From assembly GCA_030583785.1 (NCBI GenBank), contig CP129475.1, forward strand, positions 223,559-287,558: 64,000 bases of DNA, written 5' to 3'. The stretch's first letter is position 1. Every line of letters begins with the position of its first letter. The position numbers and the translations under genes were made by a program. Shown in pieces: positions 28,935-38,345 of the stretch. Below the pieces are notes generated by a model. That model was not told where the DNA came from, did no database searches, and worked only from the letters and a program-made list of their open reading frames with translations. This DNA is from Candidatus Dojkabacteria bacterium. Its GTDB lineage: Bacteria; Patescibacteriota; Dojkabacteria; B142; OLB20.

Positions 28935-30084
28935 AGAAGTCAATAATATTCGACGAGCGACAATTGATACGCCTCACGGTCAGATCAATACACCAACTTT
29001 TATGCCAGATGCCACATACGGAACCGTCCAAGAGGTAAGCATGCAAGATCTTCGTGATGTAGGAATAAATGAATTTGTTACAACAACCCTTCATATCGAA
29101 CAGGCAATAGGCAGTGAGTATCTTAAAGAATATGGAGGTATGCATAAGTTTACTGGCTGGGACAGGCCAATACTCACGGACAGTGGAGGTTTTCAAGTCT
29201 ATTCATTGATACATCGCAATAGCAGCAAGCATAATCAAATTACCGAAGCAGGATGTAGCTTTATCGATTACAAAACTGGTAATTACAACTTCCTCTCGCC
29301 TGAAAGATCACAGTACATACAGCATCTAATCGGCTCTGATATTAGAGTAGTTCTTGATGAACCTTTAATTGAAGACGACAGCATCTCTAAGATTCGCCAA
29401 TCTGTAGAACGCACAACAAGATGGGCGCAAAGATCAAAAAAAGCATTTTTAGAATATAACCAACTTAGCGAAGCGGACTTTAATAATCCGGAAATCAAAC
29501 GGCCTTTACTATGTGCAGTGATTCAAGGTGCCAGTAGCTTCGAGTATCGAAAGATCAGTGCAGAGGGTCTAATTGACATTGGATTCGACATCTATGGTTT
29601 TGGAGGAATGCCTCTGCGTGGGAAATATTCATGGAAAGAAGATGGAAAAGCAGGTAGTTTTTACCACGAACTAACTAGCTATGTAGCAGAGCTTATACCA
29701 AAAGACAAGATTCGCTATGCACTTGGTGTTGGTAACCCAGATAATCTAAAATTTGCAATTGAAAGCGGATGGGACCTTTTCGACACTGTGCTTCCTACAA
29801 GAAACGCAAGGCATGGATACTTGTATGTTAACAGCGGAGAAGGAGACGCCAGCTATGACAATTTCGATGTCATGCATATAAAATCCGAACGCTACAAATT
29901 CGATGAAAGACAAATCGATCCTAAGTTAGTTAACCCTGCTTATCCAAAACTTTCGAGAGCCTATTTAAGACACTTGATAAGAATGAAAAGCGGTTCAGGA
30001 ACAAGAGTTGCAACCATGCATAACCTCCAGTTTTACACACAGTTTCTAAACGGTTTACTCAACAGATCTCCTATACCTGCTTGA
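28921..30084 (+). CDS. tgt: Queuine tRNA-ribosyltransferase homolog (divergent).
   Basis: Catalytic Asp motifs are present: DSGGFQVYSL, ALGVGNPDNL, LPTRNARHGYLY, SRAYLRHL. Start taken at MVRIEEVNN. The usual CxCxxC zinc motif is absent (see findings). Confidence 0.75.
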   Translation: MVRIEEVNNIRRATIDTPHGQINTPTFMPDATYGTVQEVSMQDLRDVGINEFVTTTLHIEQAIGSEYLKEYGGMHKFTGWDRPILTDSGGFQVYSLIHRNSSKHNQITEAGCSFIDYKTGNYNFLSPERSQYIQHLIGSDIRVVLDEPLIEDDSISKIRQSVERTTRWAQRSKKAFLEYNQLSEADFNNPEIKRPLLCAVIQGASSFEYRKISAEGLIDIGFDIYGFGGMPLRGKYSWKEDGKAGSFYHELTSYVAELIPKDKIRYALGVGNPDNLKFAIESGWDLFDTVLPTRNARHGYLYVNSGEGDASYDNFDVMHIKSERYKFDERQIDPKLVNPAYPKLSRAYLRHLIRMKSGSGTRVATMHNLQFYTQFLNGLLNRSPIPA

Positions 30085-30547
30085 GAGATGAAAGTGCTTC
30101 TTTAAATGCATCGTTTGTTATTGTTGATCCGCTTACCAAGTCCAAATCAGGAACATCTTTAACTTCTTTTCCGACAATGATTTCTCGAAGCTGATCATTA
30201 TATTTAACAAGGTATGGATTCTCAACAATTTCGTCATCTTTGAGCATAACAACATTTACACTTTCTATCTTGCCATCACGAACACTTAGACTAATGCCAA
30301 CTTTGTCAGTCTTTTCTGCCACCGGAACATAATATTCTGCAGTAGTATAATAGTCGCCATCTTTATAGTTAAGCGCCTCAAGGATGTCAACAACTGCTGG
30401 GTCATCGTTATTAATGTTAATTTGCATACCACCCGGAGGATTGGACACCAATGCAAGTCCTCCTAGGGCTACAAGTAAGATACCACCACCTGCAGCAATA
30501 GGTACGATAGGATTTGACTCATTTTTCTTTGCTTTTTTCTTGGCCAT
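30071..30547 (-). CDS. Membrane-anchored FMN-binding domain protein (probable ApbE substrate).
   Basis: N-terminal TM helix. DLDLVSGSTITNDAFKEAL matches the FMN_bind flavinylation motif Dxx(S/T)GA(T/S). Confidence 0.65.
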   Translation of the reverse strand: MAKKKAKKNESNPIVPIAAGGGILLVALGGLALVSNPPGGMQININNDDPAVVDILEALNYKDGDYYTTAEYYVPVAEKTDKVGISLSVRDGKIESVNVVMLKDDEIVENPYLVKYNDQLREIIVGKEVKDVPDLDLVSGSTITNDAFKEALSSLKQV

Positions 30548-30569
30548 AATAAAATTATAAAAAATTAAT

Positions 30570-31457
30570 TCACCTGTCTAAGGTGTTAAAAGTTCCCTGA
30601 TAATTTGCTGATTTCATATAAGACCCATTCTCATAGACGACGGCATATTCACAATTCATTGCTCTGGAAATTGCTTGATATTGAAAAGGTCTGGCTGCGA
30701 ACAATGCGGTACTAACTGCATCTGCTGTCTTTGTATCTTTGGCTTCTGTAAACACAGCTGCAATTCCTCGAGCAGGCTTTCTAGTTTGTGGGTCAATTAT
30801 GTGAGCAAATGTCGATCCATCGTGCAGAGCCTTCCAGTATCTACGATTTTGAGAGGAACATGCTATTGCTGCGTTTTTTATCTTGATGGATCCGATAAAT
30901 TCTTGTTCGTTAAAGGGATTTTCAAGCGCACATTCAATCTTGTCGTTATTATCGCTTGATGCATAAATATCTCCTCCGGCATTGATCACAAAATTTGTGA
31001 TATCTCTTGTTCGCAATAAAGATGCAACCTTATCTACTAACCAACCTTTTCCAATCCCACCAATGTCAATTTGAATGTTCTTAGATAGAGCTATGTAATC
31101 TGGTTCAAGGCTCTGAAAGGGATTACGAATATCCTCTTCAAGACCAGGAATAAAATGATCGATACCATACCCTGCATGAACAAGAATATTACACACAGCC
31201 AAATTGAACGCTCCAGCAGATAAGATCCTTAAGTTTTCAGAATAACTAAGTATTTCATATAACTCCTGCGGAAAGCTATTTAAACTTTGAGACTTATTTA
31301 ATTTTGATATAAAACTTGAGGGGATAAATCTTGAATAGCTATGCTCGAAATCTAGAATCATAGCTGTAATTTCTGCTTTTAACTCAGAAGATAATTCTGC
31401 AGTATATGATTTTATGATCCAAAAAGTGCCTAGTGCCTCAAATACAAACTTGCTCAT
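30570..31457 (-). CDS. apbE: FAD:protein FMN transferase.
   Basis: ALGTFW...IDIGGIGKGWLVDKVASLL...INAGGDIYASS are ApbE family motifs. Confidence 0.85.
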   Translation of the reverse strand: MSKFVFEALGTFWIIKSYTAELSSELKAEITAMILDFEHSYSRFIPSSFISKLNKSQSLNSFPQELYEILSYSENLRILSAGAFNLAVCNILVHAGYGIDHFIPGLEEDIRNPFQSLEPDYIALSKNIQIDIGGIGKGWLVDKVASLLRTRDITNFVINAGGDIYASSDNNDKIECALENPFNEQEFIGSIKIKNAAIACSSQNRRYWKALHDGSTFAHIIDPQTRKPARGIAAVFTEAKDTKTADAVSTALFAARPFQYQAISRAMNCEYAVVYENGSYMKSANYQGTFNTLDR

Positions 31458-31460
31458 TTA

Positions 31461-32354
31461 TCAGAACTCTATATTTGATATTATATAACCTCCAATACTT
31501 TGTCCATGCGAGGCAGTCGCATGTTCATTTGTGGCAAGCATAACAATTTTTAGCTTCAAACCTTCGAGGTCTTTGTTGCCGGCGATTTCAGGATTAATAG
31601 TGAATCTATAATCCTGCAAAGGGACTCCTTCGCTTGCCTGAAATACAGTATATCCTCTGCCTGAATATGTTTTGTAGTAATCACCATGAGGTGCACGATC
31701 TCCCTTTTTATAAACAAATAAGTCGACTCCGAACTTTTCTTTAAAGGACTTATTGGCGTTATCTAATAATTGTCCTAAGGCACTTGTACTCCAACAAACT
31801 CCAGATCCGAAATAATACCCGTTTGTAGGACGGATGTAGCCGTTCCATGTTTTTATATTTATATATTTATCTTTAACTACTCCGATTGAATCTCCGGGCC
31901 GAAGAATTGGCATTTTGTTAAGTCCTAAAACCCCAGCCGCAGCGTTCTCGTATTTTCCGTAGTAATAGTCTTCTGCAAATAATGGCTGTTCAGAAAATGA
32001 GTTCTTGTAAACCATATCTGGGTTATCCTCTAAAGTGATAGTTTGTCTACCATAATCGTATTCAAAGTCTGCTATCTCTTCATACTTGTAACTAATTGTT
32101 GGATTGTTTATTACCACTCTAAAATTGTCTGCCGCAGCATTTGTTCCCTCTCTCAAATGTATGGGTGAAAGGTGGTAAAATTGATTATGAATATTTGGGA
32201 GTCTACCTAGTCCTGAAATACCAGAAAAAACCGAGAACTGTGGATTGTTAATAACCCCCGATCTGACAGTGAAGATAACTGTAAGGAAAGAACTAATTAG
32301 AACAAAAAATACAAAACATAAATAAGCAAAAACAGCTCTCATGTAATTGTGCAA
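31461..32354 (-). CDS. VanW family protein, membrane-anchored.
   Basis: N-terminal TM. GSGVCWSTSALGQLL matches the VanW G-x-G-V-C-Q/W-x-S-T motif. Confidence 0.55.
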   Translation of the reverse strand: MHNYMRAVFAYLCFVFFVLISSFLTVIFTVRSGVINNPQFSVFSGISGLGRLPNIHNQFYHLSPIHLREGTNAAADNFRVVINNPTISYKYEEIADFEYDYGRQTITLEDNPDMVYKNSFSEQPLFAEDYYYGKYENAAAGVLGLNKMPILRPGDSIGVVKDKYINIKTWNGYIRPTNGYYFGSGVCWSTSALGQLLDNANKSFKEKFGVDLFVYKKGDRAPHGDYYKTYSGRGYTVFQASEGVPLQDYRFTINPEIAGNKDLEGLKLKIVMLATNEHATASHGQSIGGYIISNIEF

Positions 32355-32388
32355 TAGTTATTCTAAATATAGCAAATTCAATCAGAAA

Positions 32389-34554
32389 ATGAAGTACGCG
32401 ACAAATAACTTTAGACTACAAAGTAAATACAAACCTTCAGCAGATCAAAATAGTGCGATCGAGAAGATTACTTCAGCAATTCGTCACGGAGCAAAAGCAC
32501 AAACACTGCTAGGCGTAACCGGCAGTGGCAAAACCTTCACAATGGCCAACATTATAGAGAAAACTCAAAAGCCATCTCTAATATTAGCTCATAACAAAAC
32601 ACTGGCAGCACAGCTTTATTCTGAGTTTAAAGACTTCTTTCCAGAAAACGCTGTTGAATACTTTGTTTCCTATTACGATTATTATCAACCAGAAGCTTAT
32701 GTTCCCAGAAGAGATTTATACATAGAAAAAGACTCGGATATAAACGAAACCATAGAGAGATACCGAAGCGCAGCCACACAAGCGATTCTATCCCGAAAAG
32801 ATACAATTATAGTGGCCTCAATTTCATGTATCTACGGACTTGGAAATCCGGACGATTACCTTAGCTTATCCAGAACGATCAAACAAGGAGAATCATATGC
32901 CCGTGAAAAATTGTTACTGCATCTTTCTGATATGCAGTACGAAAGGAGTGAGTTTGATTTTTATCCGGGACTATTTCGAGTCAGAGGCGAAACCGTAGAT
33001 ATTTATCTCCCGACTGGCGATAAAGCATTAAGAATTGAATACTTCGGAGATGAAGTTGAAAATCTAAAACTGATTAATGCAGTTAGCGGAGAAGTGCTTG
33101 AAAAGCCAGAAATATTTACTGTTTTTCCAGCAAAGCAGTTTGTTACACCATACGAAGCTCTCAAACAGGTCATTCCACAAATAGAAACAGACCTGATTAA
33201 AGAAGTTAAGAGCTTAAAGAAGAAAGGTAAAGATCTAGAAGCAAGTAGACTAGAACAAAGAACTCGCTACGATTTGGAAATGTTGCAAGAAACTGGTTAC
33301 ACATCTGGAATAGAAAATTATTCCCGTTACATTGAAAGAAGATCGGTTGGATCACCACCGTCGACTCTCATAGACTATTTCCCCGATGACTGGCTAATTT
33401 TTATTGATGAATCTCACATGACTCTCCCGCAGATTCGTGGTATGTACAATGGAGATAGATCCCGAAAACAGACATTGGTAGAGTATGGATTCAGGTTAAA
33501 AGCCGCACTTGATAATCGACCTTTAACTTACGAGGAATTCTGGAGAAAAGTTAACCAAGCTGTATTTGTGTCAGCGACTCCCACGGAAACTGAATTAAAT
33601 ATGAGTCGCGAAAGCATAAAAAAGTTGGACTCTGATGCTACAGAGAATATGCTTCTGAAAAACTACAATGGTGTTGCCGAACAACTGATACGACCCACGG
33701 GGCTTTTAGATCCGGTGATCCAAATTCGTCCGATTGATGTCAGCAATGCCAATACACTAGTACAAGAGATAAGTCGTTGTAAATACAACGATTTACTTTT
33801 CGATCCTGCATCGATTAACAAAAACCAGATCGACGATCTTCTCGAAGAGATTAGAATTACACTCGCCAAGAAGCAAAGAGTTTTGGTTACAACTCTTACC
33901 AAAAGAATGGCAGAAGATTTAACAGCGTTTCTTCAAGAGCTGAAAATAAAGGTTCAGTATATACACTCAGATGTAGAGGCTCTCGAAAGAGTTCAACTCT
34001 TAAAAGAATTGCGTATGGGGAAATTCGATGTACTGGTCGGCATCAATTTACTTAGAGAAGGTCTCGATTTACCAGAAGTATCATTAGTCGCTATCCTAGA
34101 CGCAGACAAAGAAGGATTCTTGCGCTCAGAAACAAGCTTAATTCAAACCATAGGAAGAGCCGCCAGACATGTTGAAGGTAGAGTAGTTATGTACGCTGAA
34201 AAAATCACCGGAAGCATGCAAAGAGCGATAGATGAAACTAGACGCAGAAGAACGATACAAAACGAATACAACATCAAGCATGGAATCACTCCCAAAACAA
34301 TCCAAAAAGCAATTAAAGATCTTCTGATTTCTGCAAATACAAGCGAAGACGATAAAGAATTATTCGGCGAAGCCAAGACAATATCAGAAATACATAAGAC
34401 TGCCGAGCACTATAAACTTATGAGCAAAAAGGAAAGAACGCTGTTTCTTATTGAGATAGAAACACAAATGCAGATTCTGGCAGATATGCTACAGTTTGAG
34501 AAAGCGGCAGAACTGAGAGACCTGCTTAACGAGCTTAAACAAAAAAAGAAGTAG
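32389..34554 (+). CDS. uvrB: Excinuclease ABC subunit B.
   Basis: GVTGSGKTFTMANIIE Walker A, helicase motifs, C-terminal UvrB/UvrC interaction helix. Start at MKYATNNF. Confidence 0.95.
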   Translation: MKYATNNFRLQSKYKPSADQNSAIEKITSAIRHGAKAQTLLGVTGSGKTFTMANIIEKTQKPSLILAHNKTLAAQLYSEFKDFFPENAVEYFVSYYDYYQPEAYVPRRDLYIEKDSDINETIERYRSAATQAILSRKDTIIVASISCIYGLGNPDDYLSLSRTIKQGESYAREKLLLHLSDMQYERSEFDFYPGLFRVRGETVDIYLPTGDKALRIEYFGDEVENLKLINAVSGEVLEKPEIFTVFPAKQFVTPYEALKQVIPQIETDLIKEVKSLKKKGKDLEASRLEQRTRYDLEMLQETGYTSGIENYSRYIERRSVGSPPSTLIDYFPDDWLIFIDESHMTLPQIRGMYNGDRSRKQTLVEYGFRLKAALDNRPLTYEEFWRKVNQAVFVSATPTETELNMSRESIKKLDSDATENMLLKNYNGVAEQLIRPTGLLDPVIQIRPIDVSNANTLVQEISRCKYNDLLFDPASINKNQIDDLLEEIRITLAKKQRVLVTTLTKRMAEDLTAFLQELKIKVQYIHSDVEALERVQLLKELRMGKFDVLVGINLLREGLDLPEVSLVAILDADKEGFLRSETSLIQTIGRAARHVEGRVVMYAEKITGSMQRAIDETRRRRTIQNEYNIKHGITPKTIQKAIKDLLISANTSEDDKELFGEAKTISEIHKTAEHYKLMSKKERTLFLIEIETQMQILADMLQFEKAAELRDLLNELKQKKK

Positions 34555-34556
34555 AA

Positions 34557-35111
34557 CTAACTGATAAGTCCTTTTTCCAGAAGTCGTTTTCTGCTCAATT
34601 CTATTTCTAGGAACAAATCACGAAGCATGGCAACAGATGTTAGCAGTGAGAACAGAAAACAACCGATTAGTATAAATCCGTAGGTTGTACCAGCCAAAAA
34701 ATTAATAAAAACTACCAGAGTTGCTATCCAAATAAAAATCACCCAAACTGCAGCCGAATGGTATAGCTCATAACTTGTTTTAATCAGCATTAGCAGGTTA
34801 TACCTTGCCAGGATATTTACAGTCTTGATGTCAATATGTGTGTCATGAAATTTAAGTGCCGCAATCAAAACATAAGAGAAGCCGGTGGCAACTAATACGA
34901 ACATAAATAAATCTGAATAGGAGGAAAGGACTTGCAAATCAGCCTGATCAGCAACGGTTCTAAATGTGAGAAGTGCTTCTGGAACAGAGATAAGACCAAG
35001 CTCTATTCCAAATACAGAAGCCGTCAGATACAAACCTACTACCTTACCAAATACTAGTAAGGCAAACGGCAATAAAGAATAATCGATAAGTTTAACAAGT
35101 GTTGGCGTCAT
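34557..35111 (-). CDS. Hypothetical polytopic membrane protein.
   Basis: Five to six hydrophobic helices, 184 aa. Confidence 0.4.
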   Translation of the reverse strand: MTPTLVKLIDYSLLPFALLVFGKVVGLYLTASVFGIELGLISVPEALLTFRTVADQADLQVLSSYSDLFMFVLVATGFSYVLIAALKFHDTHIDIKTVNILARYNLLMLIKTSYELYHSAAVWVIFIWIATLVVFINFLAGTTYGFILIGCFLFSLLTSVAMLRDLFLEIELSRKRLLEKGLIS

Positions 35112-35163
35112 AGCTAAATATTAGCGTTTAAACGCAACGAAGGAAAGACAGGAAACCGAAAAA

Positions 35164-35436
35164 TCAAGCAGTTGCTTCTGCGGACTTAACTTTTGCAGAC
35201 AGCCTAGATTTGTATCTTGAGGCTGTATTCTTATGGATTACTCCTTTTTTAGCAGCCATATCGATTTGAGAATAAGCTTTTGGAAGTGACGATTTTGCTG
35301 TTTTAACATCGCCTGCGCTAATAGCGTCTGTAACAGCCTTTCTTGCCTGTTTAAAACTATTGCTTACGCGAGTATTTACAGATCTTCGTCTTTCGCTAAC
35401 TCTAACTGCTTTTTTTGCTGAAGTTGTATTTGCCAT
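35164..35436 (-). CDS. rpsT: 30S ribosomal protein S20.
   Basis: MANTTSAKKAVRVSERRRSVN... basic 90-aa protein typical of S20. Confidence 0.9.
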   Translation of the reverse strand: MANTTSAKKAVRVSERRRSVNTRVSNSFKQARKAVTDAISAGDVKTAKSSLPKAYSQIDMAAKKGVIHKNTASRYKSRLSAKVKSAEATA

Positions 35437-35530
35437 TTATTACGATTATTTAACAGCTGTGATTTTACCAGTTATCAGTTAGTTTAACAAGTCTTATCCT
35501 TGATCAATGATTATCTGCTAGAATGAGCCC

Positions 35531-36643
35531 ATGAAAAGCATTACCGAAATAAAACAAAATCTGCTTGAAATTGAGTCCCGAATTGAGTCAATAGTTCGAA
35601 AAAAAGATCCTCAGACCCTAGAATCTAGGCTCAAAGAGCTTAAATACCAGAGCGAAAGGCCTGAATTCTGGCAAAACACACTGGTAGCTAAACAAACAAT
35701 GAAAGACCTAAGCTCCGTGCAGAATGATCTAACTAGTATTACCGAAATAAAACAGGGGGCCGAAGATATTCTAACCATGATCGAAATATTAGAAGACGAA
35801 ACTAACACCCCTGGCAAACCAGACAATGAAGAATGGGAATCAGTGGAGATGATGCTTGGCGATCTTGACAAGCAAATAAATAAAATCGAAACACAAACTT
35901 ACCTTGGCGGAAAATACGATGAGTACGACGCAATAGTCTCCATCCATGCGGGGCAAGGCGGCACAGAAGCAAACGACTGGGCAGAAATGCTACTGCGCAT
36001 GTATTTGCGATACGCAGAGAAAGAAGGCTTCAATAGCGAGATTATTAATAAAATCAGCGGTAACGAAGCAGGAATTAGTACTGCAAGCATTCAAATCTCA
36101 GGCCGTTACGCCTATGGTTATTTAAAACTCGAACATGGGACTCATCGTTTAGTCAGAGTTTCACCGTTCAACGCTCAAGGCTTGCGACAAACCTCTTTTG
36201 CAGGAGTTGAAGTCATGCCACTAATTGATAACGATCTCGATGTGAATCTAAAAGCTGAAGATATTGATTTTAGCGCTGTTCGCTCTTCGGGGGCAGGTGG
36301 TCAAAATGTAAACAAGGTTGCAACTTCTGTCAGGTTAATACATAAGCCTACAGGAATTGTTGTAAGTTCAAGTAGCGAACGAAGCCAAATAAGAAACAGA
36401 GAAATTGCCATGAATATTCTTAGGGGTAAATTATTCCAACTAGAACAAGAAAGAATTGAAAAAGAAACTGCAAAACTTAAAGGGGAACACAAAATAGCAG
36501 GTTGGGGGAATCAAATCAGAAACTATGTTCTACAACCATACAAATTAGTCAAAGACTTGCGCACCAAAGTCGAATCTTTTGATCCAGAATCGGTCTTAGA
36601 TGGTAGCCTAGAAGAATTCATTCTTGCCCAAATCCGTTTATAG
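35531..36643 (+). CDS. prfB: Peptide chain release factor 2, encoded in a single frame.
   Basis: SPF tripeptide (RVSPFNAQG) and GGQ motif (SGAGGQNVNK). No in-frame UGA or +1 frameshift site. Confidence 0.9.
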   Translation: MKSITEIKQNLLEIESRIESIVRKKDPQTLESRLKELKYQSERPEFWQNTLVAKQTMKDLSSVQNDLTSITEIKQGAEDILTMIEILEDETNTPGKPDNEEWESVEMMLGDLDKQINKIETQTYLGGKYDEYDAIVSIHAGQGGTEANDWAEMLLRMYLRYAEKEGFNSEIINKISGNEAGISTASIQISGRYAYGYLKLEHGTHRLVRVSPFNAQGLRQTSFAGVEVMPLIDNDLDVNLKAEDIDFSAVRSSGAGGQNVNKVATSVRLIHKPTGIVVSSSSERSQIRNREIAMNILRGKLFQLEQERIEKETAKLKGEHKIAGWGNQIRNYVLQPYKLVKDLRTKVESFDPESVLDGSLEEFILAQIRL

Positions 36644-37144
36644 TCTCGGAGGGATATTTAAGAGCTGACCCGGCACAATTAAAGCTTGGCTGCCGTTTGC
36701 CAGAAAACCGATGTCTGCAGAATTCGCATCTAGAATCAAAGTCCACAAGGCACCGTCGCCATAAGCAGCTTCAGCTATCTCCCAAAGGGTGTCGCCAGTA
36801 GAAACCTCGTATATCCCCGGATTAATGTCTCCTTCAAGATAATCAGTAGCAAACCAATAACCGAATTCAGAAATAAGTAATTGTGTTTTCTCTGCTTTAA
36901 GTAATGCAGTTTCCGTTGCTGCTAAAGGAATTTCTTCTGGTTCAAGGGTCTCATCATCATTGACTGGTTCTGTGCTTTCGTTCTGTTCTGACCTCTGATC
37001 AGAAGCTGCTTCTTCGGGAATCTCTCCTTGCGGTTCAAAAACTTTTAGAAGCAACAAGAACGAAGCAATAATAATGACCACAATGAGCAAGGCTTTAATT
37101 CCGTCAGAAAATACTACACTGTTGGTGTTACTGCTTAACGACAT
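36638..37144 (-). CDS. Membrane-anchored LysM domain protein.
   Basis: TM helix, acidic linker, and C-terminal LysM (YEVSTGDTLWEIAEAAYGDGALWTLILDAN). Confidence 0.7.
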   Translation of the reverse strand: MSLSSNTNSVVFSDGIKALLIVVIIIASFLLLLKVFEPQGEIPEEAASDQRSEQNESTEPVNDDETLEPEEIPLAATETALLKAEKTQLLISEFGYWFATDYLEGDINPGIYEVSTGDTLWEIAEAAYGDGALWTLILDANSADIGFLANGSQALIVPGQLLNIPPRL

Positions 37145-37219
37145 GAAAAAACAATAAATTGGATAATTGTGGGGCAGGACTCTAGTGTATACTATCTATA
37201 ATTAGTCAGTTCTGTCAAA

Positions 37220-37234
37220 TTGGCAAATTGCCAA
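37220..37234. promoter_or_regulatory. Palindrome TTGGC-AAATT-GCCAA upstream of ftsE (candidate operator).
   Basis: Perfect inverted repeat 46 bp upstream of the ftsE start. The same TTGGC-N5-GCCAA architecture recurs at 61082-61098. Confidence 0.3.
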
Positions 37235-37279
37235 TACAGATAATTTGCTATAAACTGTAACACTGATAGTAATAACTAA

Positions 37280-38326
37280 ATGCTTCAAATCATTTCTGTT
37301 AGTAAAAATTACGGTCCAAATATCTCAGCGTTAAAAGATATATCACTCGAGATTCAAGATGGAGAATTCGTTTTTCTGGTCGGGCCTTCTGGATCAGGAA
37401 AAACAACATTAATTCGCATGCTGATCAGAGAAGAATTACCAAGTACCGGAAAAATCTTTTTTCATGACGAAGACATTACAAGATATAACAGAAGACAAGT
37501 CTACTCGCTTCGCCGGAAAATTGGCGTAATCTTTCAAGATTACAAACTTATTCCAGAACTAAATGCTTTCGAAAATATTGCTTTTGCTATGGAAGCTGCC
37601 GGAAAAAGCGACAAAGAAATCAAGGAATATGTTCCATATCTGCTTGATATTGTCGGACTAACAAATAGAACGAACTTTTTCCCTAGACAGCTTTCAGGAG
37701 GTGAAAAACAACGAGTTGCTATCGCCAGAGCTATGGCAAACAATCCAAAGCTACTAATAGCAGACGAACCTACAGGCAATCTTGATCCAGACTCAGCTTG
37801 GGATATTGTACAAATACTTTCAAAAATCAATAACTGGGGAACAACAGTTTTAATGTCAACACATGGATCAGATATCGTAAACTCACTTCATAAGCGTGTG
37901 CTCAGAATGGAAGACGGAGCTTTAGTTAGAGACGACTTTAGAGGAAGCTATGACGAAGTTGACGAATTCAGTCTTAAAGTACTTTCGGAATCTGGCAAGC
38001 AAGCAGAAGCAGCATCTGAGCTGGTTCAAGAAGCAACAAAATCAGCTGAGGACTCACAGGCCGAAGAAGCCACTCCAGAACTAGAACAAACACCTACTGA
38101 TTCTCAACCAGAAGAATCTGTTCCGCCAGAGCATACCGAACAAACTGAAGAACCCAAGGCCAGCTTAAAAGAAGAAAGACTTAAAGGAAGAAAGACAGAA
38201 AAGCCAAAGAGTGATTCACTGACTCCACAAAAAAAACAAAAAGAAAAATCAAAACCAAAAAAAAGAAAGATCTCTTTCTCTACTAAAAAAGTTGAAGAAA
38301 AGAAAGATTCTGAAGATAAGAATTAA
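37280..38326 (+). CDS. ftsE: Cell-division ABC transporter ATPase FtsE with a long low-complexity C-terminal tail.
   Basis: Walker A GPSGSGKTTL, signature LSGGEKQRVAIARA, Walker B LLIADEPTGNLD. Residues ~225-348 are an E/K/S/P/Q-rich extension. Confidence 0.85.
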   Translation: MLQIISVSKNYGPNISALKDISLEIQDGEFVFLVGPSGSGKTTLIRMLIREELPSTGKIFFHDEDITRYNRRQVYSLRRKIGVIFQDYKLIPELNAFENIAFAMEAAGKSDKEIKEYVPYLLDIVGLTNRTNFFPRQLSGGEKQRVAIARAMANNPKLLIADEPTGNLDPDSAWDIVQILSKINNWGTTVLMSTHGSDIVNSLHKRVLRMEDGALVRDDFRGSYDEVDEFSLKVLSESGKQAEAASELVQEATKSAEDSQAEEATPELEQTPTDSQPEESVPPEHTEQTEEPKASLKEERLKGRKTEKPKSDSLTPQKKQKEKSKPKKRKISFSTKKVEEKKDSEDKN

Positions 38327-38345
38327 TTATATTCTTTAAAATAAC

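Noticed and set aside
35531-36643. Programmed +1 frameshift in prfB.
   Set aside because: The RF2 ORF is continuous from its ATG with SPF and GGQ motifs in one frame. No internal UGA or CUU-UGA-C shift site is present.
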